Source: an uncultured Actinomycetota bacterium
GTDB taxonomy: Bacteria > Actinomycetota > Coriobacteriia > Anaerosomatales > JAGXFU01
Length of the DNA: 64,000 nucleotides
Assembly (NCBI GenBank): GCA_963790405.1
Contig: CAWBOJ010000006.1
Span: 466,579-530,578, forward strand
Direction: 5' to 3'
Positions 27,695 to 36,600 of this stretch are shown here, one piece after another. How positions within the stretch are numbered: position 1 is the stretch's first letter; the number at the start of each line of letters is the position of its first letter. The position numbers and the translations under genes were made by a program. A model generated the notes under the pieces. That model searched no databases. It saw only the letters and a program-made list of their open reading frames with translations, and had not been told where the DNA came from.

Positions 27695-28396
27695 ATGAAA
27701 CAGTCACAGAGCACACGCGATCAGTCTCTTGCCAAGTTGCGCGCGATTCCAATGTTCTCGGAGATGTCGGCCGAGGATCTTGACACCTTCGCGGACATGG
27801 TTCAGCTCAAGCGCTATCCGAAGGGCGCGTTCATCGTCACCCAGAACGAAGTGGGCTCGTCGATGTATCTGCTCGTCTCGGGAAGAGTCAAAGTCTCGCT
27901 TGCCTCCCCGGATGGCAAGGAGCTGGCTCTCAGCTACCTTGAGGCGCCCGCGCATTTCGGCGAGATGAGCCTGGTTGACGCTGAACCGCGTTCGGCCGAT
28001 GTCATCGCGGTCACCGAAGTCGAGTTGTTCAGTCTCGACGCGAAGGATCTTTCCACGGCGATCCAGATCAACCCGAGACTTGCGTTGTCGTTGATAGCGA
28101 CCCTGTCGCGTCGCCTCAGGCATACGATAGCGCGGCTCGAGGATATGGCGTTTCACGACGCCACCCATCGCGTCATGAGAGTTCTGCTCAACGTGGCTAC
28201 GGCCAGCTATGAGACGCGTGGCGTGCCTGTGATCCAGGGTCTGACGCACTATGACATCGCGACTCTCGCGGGCACGTCAAGAGAGACCGCGAGCAGGATC
28301 ATCTCGAACCTGGCCAAAGAGGGCGCGTTGGCGACCAAGGGTCGCAAGATCGTCGTCGACCTCATCAAGTTGCGGGAGCGGCTTGAAGGCAACTGA
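27695..28396 (+). CDS. Crp/Fnr-family transcriptional regulator
   Basis: cNMP-binding fold (FGEMSLVDAEPRSADVIAV) and C-terminal HTH (THYDIATLAGTSRETASRIISNLAKEG). ATG 27695 was chosen within ORF 27548-28396. Confidence 0.85.
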   Translation: MKQSQSTRDQSLAKLRAIPMFSEMSAEDLDTFADMVQLKRYPKGAFIVTQNEVGSSMYLLVSGRVKVSLASPDGKELALSYLEAPAHFGEMSLVDAEPRSADVIAVTEVELFSLDAKDLSTAIQINPRLALSLIATLSRRLRHTIARLEDMAFHDATHRVMRVLLNVATASYETRGVPVIQGLTHYDIATLAGTSRETASRIISNLAKEGALATKGRKIVVDLIKLRERLEGN

Positions 28397-28491
28397 TTCT
28401 CGCCGCATGGAGTTCCCTGCACGTTTTGCGGAGTCGGCCCGGGGGGACATTACCGATGTCATGTCCGTCATGGCCCGACCTCGGAGGCACG

Positions 28492-28719
28492 ATGAAGGAA
28501 CTCACTGTTGAGGAGCTCAAGCAATACAACGGCCGGGACGGCAGTCCGGCATACGTCGCGTACAAGGGCGTCGTCTACGACGTGACCGATAGCGCGATGT
28601 GGGGAGAGGGCGACCACGAAGCGATGCACTTCGCCGGGGCCGATCTGACGGAAGAGCATGAGGACGCCCCCCACGACGTGTATGTGACGGACTTCCCTGA
28701 AGTAGGAAGGCTGGTCTGA
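28492..28719 (+). CDS. Cytochrome b5-like heme/steroid-binding domain protein
   Basis: GGAGG precedes ATG 28492. MKELTVEELKQYNGRDGSPAYVAYKGVVYDVTDSAMW...GDHEAMHFAG is typical of the small bacterial b5-like family. Confidence 0.7.
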   Translation: MKELTVEELKQYNGRDGSPAYVAYKGVVYDVTDSAMWGEGDHEAMHFAGADLTEEHEDAPHDVYVTDFPEVGRLV

Positions 28720-28754
28720 CCCCCGAGCGGTCGGTCGCCTTCTCGGCAGTGTGC

Positions 28755-30059
28755 CTAGGCTTCTAGATCGAGCGTGGCGACCGTTTCGACATGGTACGTC
28801 TGCGGGAACAAGTCGACGGGCTGTGCGCGGACGAGTCGATATCCGTGTTCGCCGAGTCCCTTCACGTCCCGTGCAAGTGTCGCTGGGTCACATGACACAT
28901 ACACGATGCGACCGGCGCGTGTTGCCGCGAGTGATGAGAGCATCGACTTATCGAGTCCCGCGCGCGGCGGGTCCACTAATACGCGGTCGAAGGTGCCGAG
29001 TTCGACGAGCGCCCGGGCTGCGTCACCCGGCACGATGTCCAGCGGTACTTGCGCTTGTTCCGCGTTGCGTTCCAGGTCGCGCAAAGCGAAGCGAGATGAT
29101 TCCACGGCGACAGTCTGCTCGGCGCGCTCGGCGAGGGGGATAGAGAACGTGCCTACGCCTGCGTACAAGTCGAGCACCCGGCCGCAGCTGTCCGGATCGA
29201 TCTGCTCCACCGCGTAGCGGACGAGCAGCTCGGCAGTCGACGTGTTCACCTGGAAGAACGACGGTGCCGAGACGAGCATCGCATGCCCGGCGAGTCGTTC
29301 ACGCCACGCACCTTTGCCCTTGAGTACCTCGACGTTCGACACGCCCCGAGTACCGCTCTTCACGAGCACTCTCACAAGACTGTTGGCCTTGACTGTGTCG
29401 GCGACCGTTGCAGCAGCAAAGGCACGAGGGAAGCGATCTGGAGCTGTCCACAGGGCGACTTCGACATCGCGTGTGTTCGTGGCGATCCTGAGTCCAACGC
29501 GTTCGATTCCGAGATCGTTGTCACCGCTCAGGTAGCGAAGCGCTCCGCGAAGCGCCTTGGGAGCTTTCTGCTGCGCTCGGGGCAATAGAAGGCAGCTGTC
29601 CACCTGTACGAGGTCGCCGGTGCCCGCCTGGGCGTACCCGAGGTGCAGGCCGTCGCTACACCATTGGCCGAGAAGCTCGATCTTGTTTCGGTACCCGTAC
29701 TGCCGTTCCGACACCAACGTGGCGTCGACGAGGGATTCGGCGTCCACGCCACCTATCCGCGAGAGCGCGGCAACAACTGACGCACGTTTGGCGGTCTGCT
29801 GCAGGTCGTAGGCAACGTGTTGCCACTGGCAGCCGCCGCACGTTCCGAAATACGGGCACGGTGCGTCTACTCGGTCGGGAGAGGGTTTGACGAGGTCGAC
29901 AACGCGGGCATCGACATGGCGGGCGTGTTCTGCGGTAATCTCAATGTGGGCGATGTCGCCCGGGCATCCTCCGTGGACGAAGGCGACACGGCCATCGGGC
30001 AGGTGCGCAATGGCTGCGCCGCCATGCGCGAGACCTTCCACGTCGACTTGCAGCGTCAC
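28755..30059 (-). CDS. rlmD: 23S rRNA (uracil-C5)-methyltransferase, RlmD/RumA family (TRAM + Fe-S + SAM MTase)
   Basis: GTG 30059 follows AAAGGAG. It has a TRAM-like N-terminus and the Fe-S motif CPYFGTCGGCQWQH. SAM MTase motifs: VLDLYAGVGTF, DPPRAGL, VYVSCDPATLARD. Confidence 0.85.
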   Translation of the reverse strand: MTLQVDVEGLAHGGAAIAHLPDGRVAFVHGGCPGDIAHIEITAEHARHVDARVVDLVKPSPDRVDAPCPYFGTCGGCQWQHVAYDLQQTAKRASVVAALSRIGGVDAESLVDATLVSERQYGYRNKIELLGQWCSDGLHLGYAQAGTGDLVQVDSCLLLPRAQQKAPKALRGALRYLSGDNDLGIERVGLRIATNTRDVEVALWTAPDRFPRAFAAATVADTVKANSLVRVLVKSGTRGVSNVEVLKGKGAWRERLAGHAMLVSAPSFFQVNTSTAELLVRYAVEQIDPDSCGRVLDLYAGVGTFSIPLAERAEQTVAVESSRFALRDLERNAEQAQVPLDIVPGDAARALVELGTFDRVLVDPPRAGLDKSMLSSLAATRAGRIVYVSCDPATLARDVKGLGEHGYRLVRAQPVDLFPQTYHVETVATLDLEA

Positions 30060-30298
30060 AAAGGCTCCTTTTCGCGGTGGGCGGGTCTTTCTCGGCCGCT
30101 GAGTCGAGGCATATACTACCTGGTAGTGAGCGGTCTGTCCCCGACCAGAGGGTCTACGTACTACGCAGTGTGTTTCCTTGAGTCCTGTTGCGGGCATGCC
30201 GATAGACGGGACATTGGATTGTTTGCGCTTGCGACGTTTTGCGATGCTGATGAAATGTGTGCCGGTTGAGTCCGGCTCCAAGAGGAGGTACCCCTCTA

Positions 30299-32029
30299 GT
30301 GGCAGACACGAAAGTGATGATTGTCCATGAAGACGCTGGATTGATTGACAGAATTACCCAAGGGCTCGCGGGTTCCGGCGCTGGTGTCGAGGTCGTGAGC
30401 GTTCTCTCTGCGCCTCGCGCCATAGGTATCGTGGCTGCACAGAATCCGGATGTCATCGTCGTAGATGCAGAGTTGATGGGCATGGATGGGTATGCCCTGA
30501 CGAAGCAGATCAAGGAACAGCCGAGCGCGGCGGACACTCCGGTCATCATCTTGTCTTTGCAGCCGAATGAGGCGTCAGCTCTTCGTGCCCGACAGGCCGG
30601 AGCGTCGGCACATCTGTCTTCCAGCGGGGCTCTCGATGCGATCGTCCAGAAGATCGTCGCGTTGAGCGGCGCGGCCGTGCAGGCCCCCGCCGCGGCCATG
30701 CCGGCCGTGACCGAGGCGCCATCCGCTGATATCCGTGCCTCTGCTGGCGCCATGGAAGGAGCTGCGTCCACGGTCGCGGCACCGATGGGAACTGGCGTTC
30801 CGCAGCCCGTCGTCCCTCCACAGTCGGCCGTCGCGGCGGCTGTTCCCGTCCCGGTACCGCAGCCCGCAGTGACTGCGCCGTCCGACTACGGTGTCCCCTC
30901 CGCACCGACGACGCCGACCCCGTCGGCCGCCGAGAAGTCCTCACCCCTCACAGAAGGGGATGCTCCCAACGTCGATGACCTTCTGCGACTGATGATCGAG
31001 CGCGGTGGCTCTGACCTGCATTTGACCGTCGGCAGCCCTCCTGGCATCCGCCAGCGTGGTGAGCTCATTCCTGTCGAGAACATGAAAGTCCTTATGCCGC
31101 GCGACACGCAGCAGATGCTTCTTTCGCTTCTCTCCGAGGAGCAGCGCAAGCGGTTCGAGACGGAGCTGGAACTTGACTTCGCGTACAGCATTCCCGGACT
31201 TTCGCGCTTCAGGGCGAACATTTTTCAGCAGCGCAACTCGATGGGTGCCGTCTTCCGTGTGATCCCCCTAGACATTCCGACGTTCGATCAGCTGGGGCTA
31301 CCGAAGGTATGCAAGTATCTGGCGGAGCGGCCGCGAGGCTTGGTCCTGGTCACGGGTCCTACGGGGTCGGGCAAGTCGACCACGCTGGCCGCCATGGTCG
31401 ATCACATCAACGAGACGCGTCCTTTGCACATCATCACGATGGAGGATCCGATTGAGTTCATGCATCGGAACAAGAAGGCGTACGTCAACCAACGCGAGAT
31501 AGGCGAGGACACCCACAGTTTTGCCGCTGCGCTCAAGCGCGTCTTGCGTCAGGACCCCGACGTGATTCTTGTCGGAGAGATGCGAGACCTCGAGACTATC
31601 TCGGCAGCGATCACCGCGGCCGAGACCGGCCATTTGGTCTTGGCGACTCTACACACGACTGGTGGTCCGGAGACTGTCGACCGCATAATCGACGTGTTTC
31701 CGCCCCACCAGCAGCAGCAGGTGCGTATGCAGCTGTCCAACACCCTAGAAGGCGTCCTGTCTCAGATACTGCTGAGGTCGACAGACGGTCGCAGCCGCGT
31801 CATGGCGATGGAGATCATGCTCGGGGTTCCGGCCATCCGCAATCTCATCCGCGAAGGTAAGACCCACCAGATGGCGACGATCATCCAGGGCGGCGGTTCG
31901 ATGGGTATGCAGACGCTCGACCAACACCTCAAGGTCCTGCTCCAGGCGGGCAAGGTCACCTTCGAAGAGGCGGTTGGGAAGTCGCAGCACCCGCGTGAAC
32001 TCGCGGACTTGGTGGGTCGCAAGATCTGA
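30299..32029 (+). CDS. pilT: Receiver(REC)-like domain fused via Ala/Pro-rich linker to a PilT-type type IV pilus retraction ATPase
   Basis: GTG 30299 lies 10 nt after AGAGGAGG. The REC-like region is MIVHEDAG...DVIVVDAELMGMDGYAL...PVIILS. The AP-rich linker spans about 30680-30950. The PilT core has SDLHLTVGSPPGIRQRGEL, Walker A GPTGSGKST, Walker B ILVGEMRD and GHLVLATLHT. Confidence 0.85.
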   Translation: MADTKVMIVHEDAGLIDRITQGLAGSGAGVEVVSVLSAPRAIGIVAAQNPDVIVVDAELMGMDGYALTKQIKEQPSAADTPVIILSLQPNEASALRARQAGASAHLSSSGALDAIVQKIVALSGAAVQAPAAAMPAVTEAPSADIRASAGAMEGAASTVAAPMGTGVPQPVVPPQSAVAAAVPVPVPQPAVTAPSDYGVPSAPTTPTPSAAEKSSPLTEGDAPNVDDLLRLMIERGGSDLHLTVGSPPGIRQRGELIPVENMKVLMPRDTQQMLLSLLSEEQRKRFETELELDFAYSIPGLSRFRANIFQQRNSMGAVFRVIPLDIPTFDQLGLPKVCKYLAERPRGLVLVTGPTGSGKSTTLAAMVDHINETRPLHIITMEDPIEFMHRNKKAYVNQREIGEDTHSFAAALKRVLRQDPDVILVGEMRDLETISAAITAAETGHLVLATLHTTGGPETVDRIIDVFPPHQQQQVRMQLSNTLEGVLSQILLRSTDGRSRVMAMEIMLGVPAIRNLIREGKTHQMATIIQGGGSMGMQTLDQHLKVLLQAGKVTFEEAVGKSQHPRELADLVGRKI

Positions 32030-32060
32030 TTCGGGTACAGATTCCACTAGTGCGATAGCG

Positions 32061-32558
32061 ATGTCGGAGCCGTTGCCGTCGTCGGTATCGCGCCAGCAAT
32101 CACTGGAAAGGGGGCTGCGCGTGGACAACGTTCGCGTACGCTGGAATGGCAATCGCCAGTTCGTCGGATGGGACGAGGTTGGCCATAGTGTCGTAATGGA
32201 CTCCAAGCCCGAGTACAAGGGCGAGGGCACAGGAGCGCGGCCGTTGGAGCTCGTCTTGTATGCGCTGGCCGGCTGTACGGGCATGGACGTGATCTCGATA
32301 CTCGAGAAGAAGCGGCAAGATGTACGGGGATTCGAGATTGAGATTCGCGGTCGCCAACGCGAAGAAGAGTATCCCAAGATCTACACAGACATCGAGGTGC
32401 ACTACATCGTGACGGGCGTTGCCGTGGCGGCACAGGCGGTGGAACGGTCAATCGAACTGTCCGAGGAGAAGTACTGCTCGGTCAAAGGGATGCTCGGCGA
32501 CCAGGTGAGTGTTGTGACCTCGTATGAGATTCGCGAAATAGCCGAGGAAGCCAGGTAG
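32061..32558 (+). CDS. OsmC-family peroxiredoxin-like protein
   Basis: ATG 32061 within ORF 31974-32558. It has the two conserved Cys contexts LYALAGCTGMDV and EEKYCSVKGML. Confidence 0.8.
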   Translation: MSEPLPSSVSRQQSLERGLRVDNVRVRWNGNRQFVGWDEVGHSVVMDSKPEYKGEGTGARPLELVLYALAGCTGMDVISILEKKRQDVRGFEIEIRGRQREEEYPKIYTDIEVHYIVTGVAVAAQAVERSIELSEEKYCSVKGMLGDQVSVVTSYEIREIAEEAR

Positions 32559-32563
32559 AGCGC

Positions 32564-33265
32564 GTGTCCGATGCTGTCTTGATGCCCGTCTACAATGAGG
32601 CGGCAACCGTGAACGACGTGCTCGATTCGGTTCGGGCCAGGTTCGACGGCGAGGTTCTTGTCGTGAACGATGGGTCGACCGATGGCACGAATGCCGCTCT
32701 GGCCGACCGCACCGATATCACCGTGATTACGCACCCACGCAATCTTGGGTACGGACGCGCGCTGGCCGAGGGGTTCGCTGTCGCGCGCACGCGCGGGGTG
32801 CGGTGCGTCGTGACGATGGACTGCGATGGGCAGCACGAACCCAAGCACATCTCCGAGTTCCTGAAGGCACTCGACGATGGCGGCGACATCGTGTCGGGCA
32901 GCAGGTATCTGCCACAGAGTCGCGTCTGCGGTGAGGCGCCGCCCAGCAGGCGCGAGGTGAACGCTCGCGTCACCCAGGAGATCAATCGGGTGACAGGTTG
33001 GAGTCTCACCGATGCATTCTGCGGGTTCAAGGCGTACAGGCTTGAGGCACTCGATGCGATCGAGCTGCGCGAACCGGGATATGCGATGCCGCTTGAGCTG
33101 TGGGCCAAGGCGTATCACGCAGGACTGAGTGTTCGAGAAATTCCTGTCGAGCGTATCTACTACGATCACGACCGCTCGTTCGGCGCCGACCTGGACGATC
33201 CGGAGGCGCGGTACGCGTACTATGAGCGCGTGTGGCGAGAGGCTCTGGGAGGAATCGATGGCTGA
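32564..33265 (+). CDS. Family 2 glycosyltransferase (polyprenol-phosphate sugar transferase-like)
   Basis: 233-aa ORF with LMPVYNEAATV, VVNDGSTDGT and TMDCDGQH (DxD region), typical of the GT2 DPM1/ArnC-like fold. Confidence 0.8.
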   Translation: MSDAVLMPVYNEAATVNDVLDSVRARFDGEVLVVNDGSTDGTNAALADRTDITVITHPRNLGYGRALAEGFAVARTRGVRCVVTMDCDGQHEPKHISEFLKALDDGGDIVSGSRYLPQSRVCGEAPPSRREVNARVTQEINRVTGWSLTDAFCGFKAYRLEALDAIELREPGYAMPLELWAKAYHAGLSVREIPVERIYYDHDRSFGADLDDPEARYAYYERVWREALGGIDG

Positions 33266-33938
33266 CGTCGTGTGCATCGGAGCGCATCCCGATGATGTAG
33301 AGATCGGAATGGGTGGGACAGTCGCTGGATTGGTCGCCCGGGGCCTGGGCGTGACGCTGGTGGACTTGACCGACGGTGAGCCGACCCCATTCGGGACGCA
33401 CGAGATTCGCATGGCCGAGGCGGCTCGAGCTGCGGAGATACTCGGCGTTCAGCGCGTTACGCTGCGGCTGCCCAACCGGTACCTGTTCGACAGTGTCGAG
33501 GCACGCACTGCCGTGGCCGAGGTTCTGCGAGCCGAGCGCCCGCGATTGATGTTCGTGCCGTTTCCGGAAGACGCGCATCCCGATCACATCGCTGCCGCCA
33601 ATATCGCTCTGGCGGCGCGCTTCTATGCGAAGTTCACCAAATCAGAGATGTCGGGCGAGCCGCACTATCCCGCACGGCTGTACCACTACATGGCGGTTCA
33701 CATGCGGCTGGTACGCGAGCCGTCCTTCGTGGTGGACATCACCGAGACTCTGACGAACAAGCTCGACGCGTTGCGAGCCTACGAGTCGCAGTTCTCGGCG
33801 AACCCGGCGAACGCAACTATCATCGAGTCAATGGAGAAGGCTGCACAGATGTGGGGCGCGATGATTCGACAGCCGGCAGGGGAGCCGTTCTTTGCCGAGG
33901 AGCCAGTTGGGGTACGCCATCTCGAGGACTTGGTGTAG
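33258..33938 (+). CDS. PIG-L / LmbE-family N-acetylglucosaminyl deacetylase (BshB/MshB-like)
   Basis: ATG 33258 overlaps the GT2 stop by 8 nt. It has MADVVCIGAHPDDVEIGMGGT and a second metal-ligand region HPDH. Confidence 0.8.
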   Translation: MADVVCIGAHPDDVEIGMGGTVAGLVARGLGVTLVDLTDGEPTPFGTHEIRMAEAARAAEILGVQRVTLRLPNRYLFDSVEARTAVAEVLRAERPRLMFVPFPEDAHPDHIAAANIALAARFYAKFTKSEMSGEPHYPARLYHYMAVHMRLVREPSFVVDITETLTNKLDALRAYESQFSANPANATIIESMEKAAQMWGAMIRQPAGEPFFAEEPVGVRHLEDLV

Positions 33939-33944
33939 CCGACG

Positions 33945-35516
33945 ATGGCGCATTCACGTCCCGCACTCCCGCACGGTCACGGTGAGGTCGTCACCCAGCC
34001 CGCATACGACGATTGGGCGGCGATCGCCAGTGAGAATGCATCGCGCCTGAGTCATGCCGAGGAGCTGTTTGGAGGCGTACCCATCGCGCAGTTGCGTCGC
34101 GAGACCCGGCGCGAGGCCCTAGCTCACGCATATGACTACTCGCGACGCCTGGGTCTGGAACTCCCAAGACCTGAAGCCGACCCCGACTTGATTGCACTCA
34201 CGGGACATCAGCCGGAGCTATTCCACCCGGGCGTGTGGGCGAAGTACTTCTTGCTCGACCGATTCTGTGTGGAAAATGCAGCTGTCGGTGTTGACCTGGT
34301 CGTTGATACCGACACGTTCGATACGGTCGGAATTTCGGCACCTTGTCTGACGCCAGAGGTCCGCCGCTGCGCGCAGTACTTGGCGATCGGAGACGGTGCA
34401 ACAAGCTACGTATCGACGCCGGTTCCGGATCTTGCTGCGATTGAAGTCCTGTGTCAGGCGGGTGACCGCATGCTTGGGGGTCTGCCAGCACCAGCGTTGG
34501 CCAGGCACTTTGCGGAGTTCTGTGCGGCCTTGCGTGGGGCTGCTGAAGATGCCGAGAACCTGGCCGACCTGCTGACTGTCGCGCGACGTCGCTATGAGGC
34601 TTGTGCGGGAACCCACTACCTGGAGTTGCCGGTTTCGCGCATGGCACGGATGCGCACGTACGGGACCTTCGCGGCGACCCTGCTGCTTGACGCAGATCGT
34701 TTCGCTCGCGACCACAACGACGAGCTGCACCAGTATCGAGCTGTTTCGGGTACCCGCTCTGCGGTTCAGCCGTTCCCGGATCTCGGTGTCGACGCAGACT
34801 GGGTCGAAGTGCCGTTCTGGTTCATCGACGGCGAGCATCGACGCGGGGTCTGGGTTCGGCGTGATGCGGACTCGATCGAGATTTCCGACCGAATCGACGT
34901 CGCCGTACGAGTCGATGCTGATAATGACGTGGTCGTGCACGCCCTGGAGGAACTCCCGCTTCTTGCGCCCAGGGCACTCACTCTCACCATGTTCACGAGG
35001 CTCTTCTTGGGCGATCTGTTCGTGCATGGAATCGGAGGAGGTCGCTACGACACGGTGACCGACGGCGTGATCCGCCGCTACGTTGGGATAGAGCCGCCAC
35101 CGATCGTCGTGGCCTCGATGACGATGTATCTGCCGCTGGGGGCGCATGTCGTCACGGACGAGGAGATTGCGGAGGTTCGACAGCGTCTCCACCGACTTGA
35201 GCACAACCCCGATACGATGTTCGGCGAGGCGGAGTTCGATGATGCCGAGGAGCGTGCCAGGGCAAGTACGCTTGCCGCGCAGAAAGCTTCGCTTGTGGAA
35301 GAAATCTCTCACCCGAACGCCGAGAAGAAGGCGCTTGGTGCGCGCATTCGTGAGGTCAACGCGGAGCTTGGCGCCATCCTTGAACCGTTGACCGCACAGA
35401 TGCGAGAGGAACTCGCGTCTCTGGAGGGGCAGCAGGCAGCATCCGGTATCCTGACGGATCGTACGTACCCATACTGTCTGTGGAGTCCGCTCGATGTGCA
35501 GGACAAAGTCGGCTAG
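33945..35516 (+). CDS. Conserved hypothetical protein, possibly a distant BshC-like (DUF2317) ligase
   Basis: 523-aa intact ORF 6 nt after the deacetylase stop. It appears soluble. The motifs TGHQPELFHPGVWAKY and FVHGIGGGRYD occur in the same order as the BshC motifs GGQQAGLLTGPLYTIHK and AGPGEINYW (recalled from memory). The C-terminal ~90 aa are heptad-like and charged. Confidence 0.4.
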   Translation: MAHSRPALPHGHGEVVTQPAYDDWAAIASENASRLSHAEELFGGVPIAQLRRETRREALAHAYDYSRRLGLELPRPEADPDLIALTGHQPELFHPGVWAKYFLLDRFCVENAAVGVDLVVDTDTFDTVGISAPCLTPEVRRCAQYLAIGDGATSYVSTPVPDLAAIEVLCQAGDRMLGGLPAPALARHFAEFCAALRGAAEDAENLADLLTVARRRYEACAGTHYLELPVSRMARMRTYGTFAATLLLDADRFARDHNDELHQYRAVSGTRSAVQPFPDLGVDADWVEVPFWFIDGEHRRGVWVRRDADSIEISDRIDVAVRVDADNDVVVHALEELPLLAPRALTLTMFTRLFLGDLFVHGIGGGRYDTVTDGVIRRYVGIEPPPIVVASMTMYLPLGAHVVTDEEIAEVRQRLHRLEHNPDTMFGEAEFDDAEERARASTLAAQKASLVEEISHPNAEKKALGARIREVNAELGAILEPLTAQMREELASLEGQQAASGILTDRTYPYCLWSPLDVQDKVG

Positions 35517-35616
35517 TCTGCATCCTTGGCACTCGCTTCAGCGATGCGCAGATGCCGTGCTATCATGTCCCAACCCGTTCGGGGGAATCGGTCGGTCTTG
35601 AGGAAAGGAACCACGC

Positions 35617-35793
35617 ATGTCCGTGCCAAAAGTAGACAAGAGCTTGTGCACCGCGTGCGGCATCTGCGTCGATGAATGCCCCAGTGCATGCTATGACCTT
35701 GAAGATGTCGCCGTTCTGGCTCGTCCCGAGGATTGCACCGAGTGCGGCATCTGCGTCGACGGTTGCCCGAGCGAGGCCATCACGATGGACTAG
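35617..35793 (+). CDS. Small 2x[4Fe-4S] ferredoxin (58 aa; absent from the ORF track because it is under 60 aa)
   Basis: Hand translation: MSVPKVDKSLCTACGICVDECPSACYDLEDVAVLARPEDCTECGICVDGCPSEAITMD. It has two CxxCxxCxxxCP motifs, AGGAAAGGAA upstream of the ATG, and a hairpin downstream. Confidence 0.8.
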   Translation: MSVPKVDKSLCTACGICVDECPSACYDLEDVAVLARPEDCTECGICVDGCPSEAITMD

Positions 35794-35826
35794 GTCTCGT
35801 TTCCGAGACTGCGCGAATGTGACGAC

Positions 35827-35855
35827 GGGCCGGTCCATGTGACCGGTCCGTTTGC
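35827..35855 (+). terminator. Candidate terminator after the ferredoxin gene
   Basis: 9-bp stem GGGCCGGTC / GACCGGTCC (one G-U pair) with loop catgt, followed by gtttgc. It lies between convergent genes. Confidence 0.5.
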
Positions 35856-35863
35856 ATTGGGTC

Positions 35864-36598
35864 TCAGCCTCTGGGGCCCATGCGATCGTTCACGTAGAGC
35901 CGGGGTTCGTTGCCACGAAGCATGCCCACGAACCGTTTGTGGTGTGCCGCGTACACGACCAGACCCATGAGCAGCGCAAACGGCCAGTCGGGGCAACGGA
36001 GCGCCACAGCCGTGACGGGAAGTGCTGCCGCAGCCGCCACCTGACCAGCCATCATGTAGCGTGTGATCGCGATGACGGTCAAGCCCACCACAACCGCCGC
36101 TACGAAGTAGCGCCAGTCGTACGCGAGCAGTGCGCCTCCGCCGGTTGCGAGACCTTTGCCGGTGCGAGCGAACTGCTTCTTGAGAAGCGCCATCCATGCG
36201 GAGTAGTTGTGCCCGAGAACTGCGCCTGCGACGGCAGCCTGGACGTAGAGGATCTCCGGCCAGATGATAGGTGCCCCGCCCACCTCACCCACGCCGAAGA
36301 GGTTGGCAAGCGGAGGGACCACGTAGGGTTCCCACAACAGCGCCACCGCGAGCACAGGCAGAAAGCCTTTGAGGGCATCAGCAAGCATCGCCACAACGAA
36401 CCATCCCCAGGAGCCCGTCGATCTGCGGACGTTCATGGCACCGACGTTGCCGGTGCCATGGGTGGTAACGTCCTCGCCTGTCACCCGCTTCACGATGATG
36501 TATGCCCACGGGATGGATCCGACGAGATAGTTGAAGGCAAACGCCAACAACAGGGCGGCGTAGCCGGTTGTGTGCAGCTGCAATAAGCTCTCCAGCAT
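35864..36598 (-). CDS. plsY: Glycerol-3-phosphate acyltransferase PlsY
   Basis: ATG 36598 lies 2 nt after the upstream TAG. Motifs: FNYLVGSIPWAYIIVK and HGTGNVGAMN. The protein is polytopic and hydrophobic. Confidence 0.85.
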   Translation of the reverse strand: MLESLLQLHTTGYAALLLAFAFNYLVGSIPWAYIIVKRVTGEDVTTHGTGNVGAMNVRRSTGSWGWFVVAMLADALKGFLPVLAVALLWEPYVVPPLANLFGVGEVGGAPIIWPEILYVQAAVAGAVLGHNYSAWMALLKKQFARTGKGLATGGGALLAYDWRYFVAAVVVGLTVIAITRYMMAGQVAAAAALPVTAVALRCPDWPFALLMGLVVYAAHHKRFVGMLRGNEPRLYVNDRMGPRG

Positions 36599-36600
36599 CG

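Noticed and set aside
35563-35838. 91-aa minus-strand ORF from the track
   Set aside because: The opposite strand encodes a perfect 2x[4Fe-4S] ferredoxin with an RBS. The minus-strand translation has no recognisable features.
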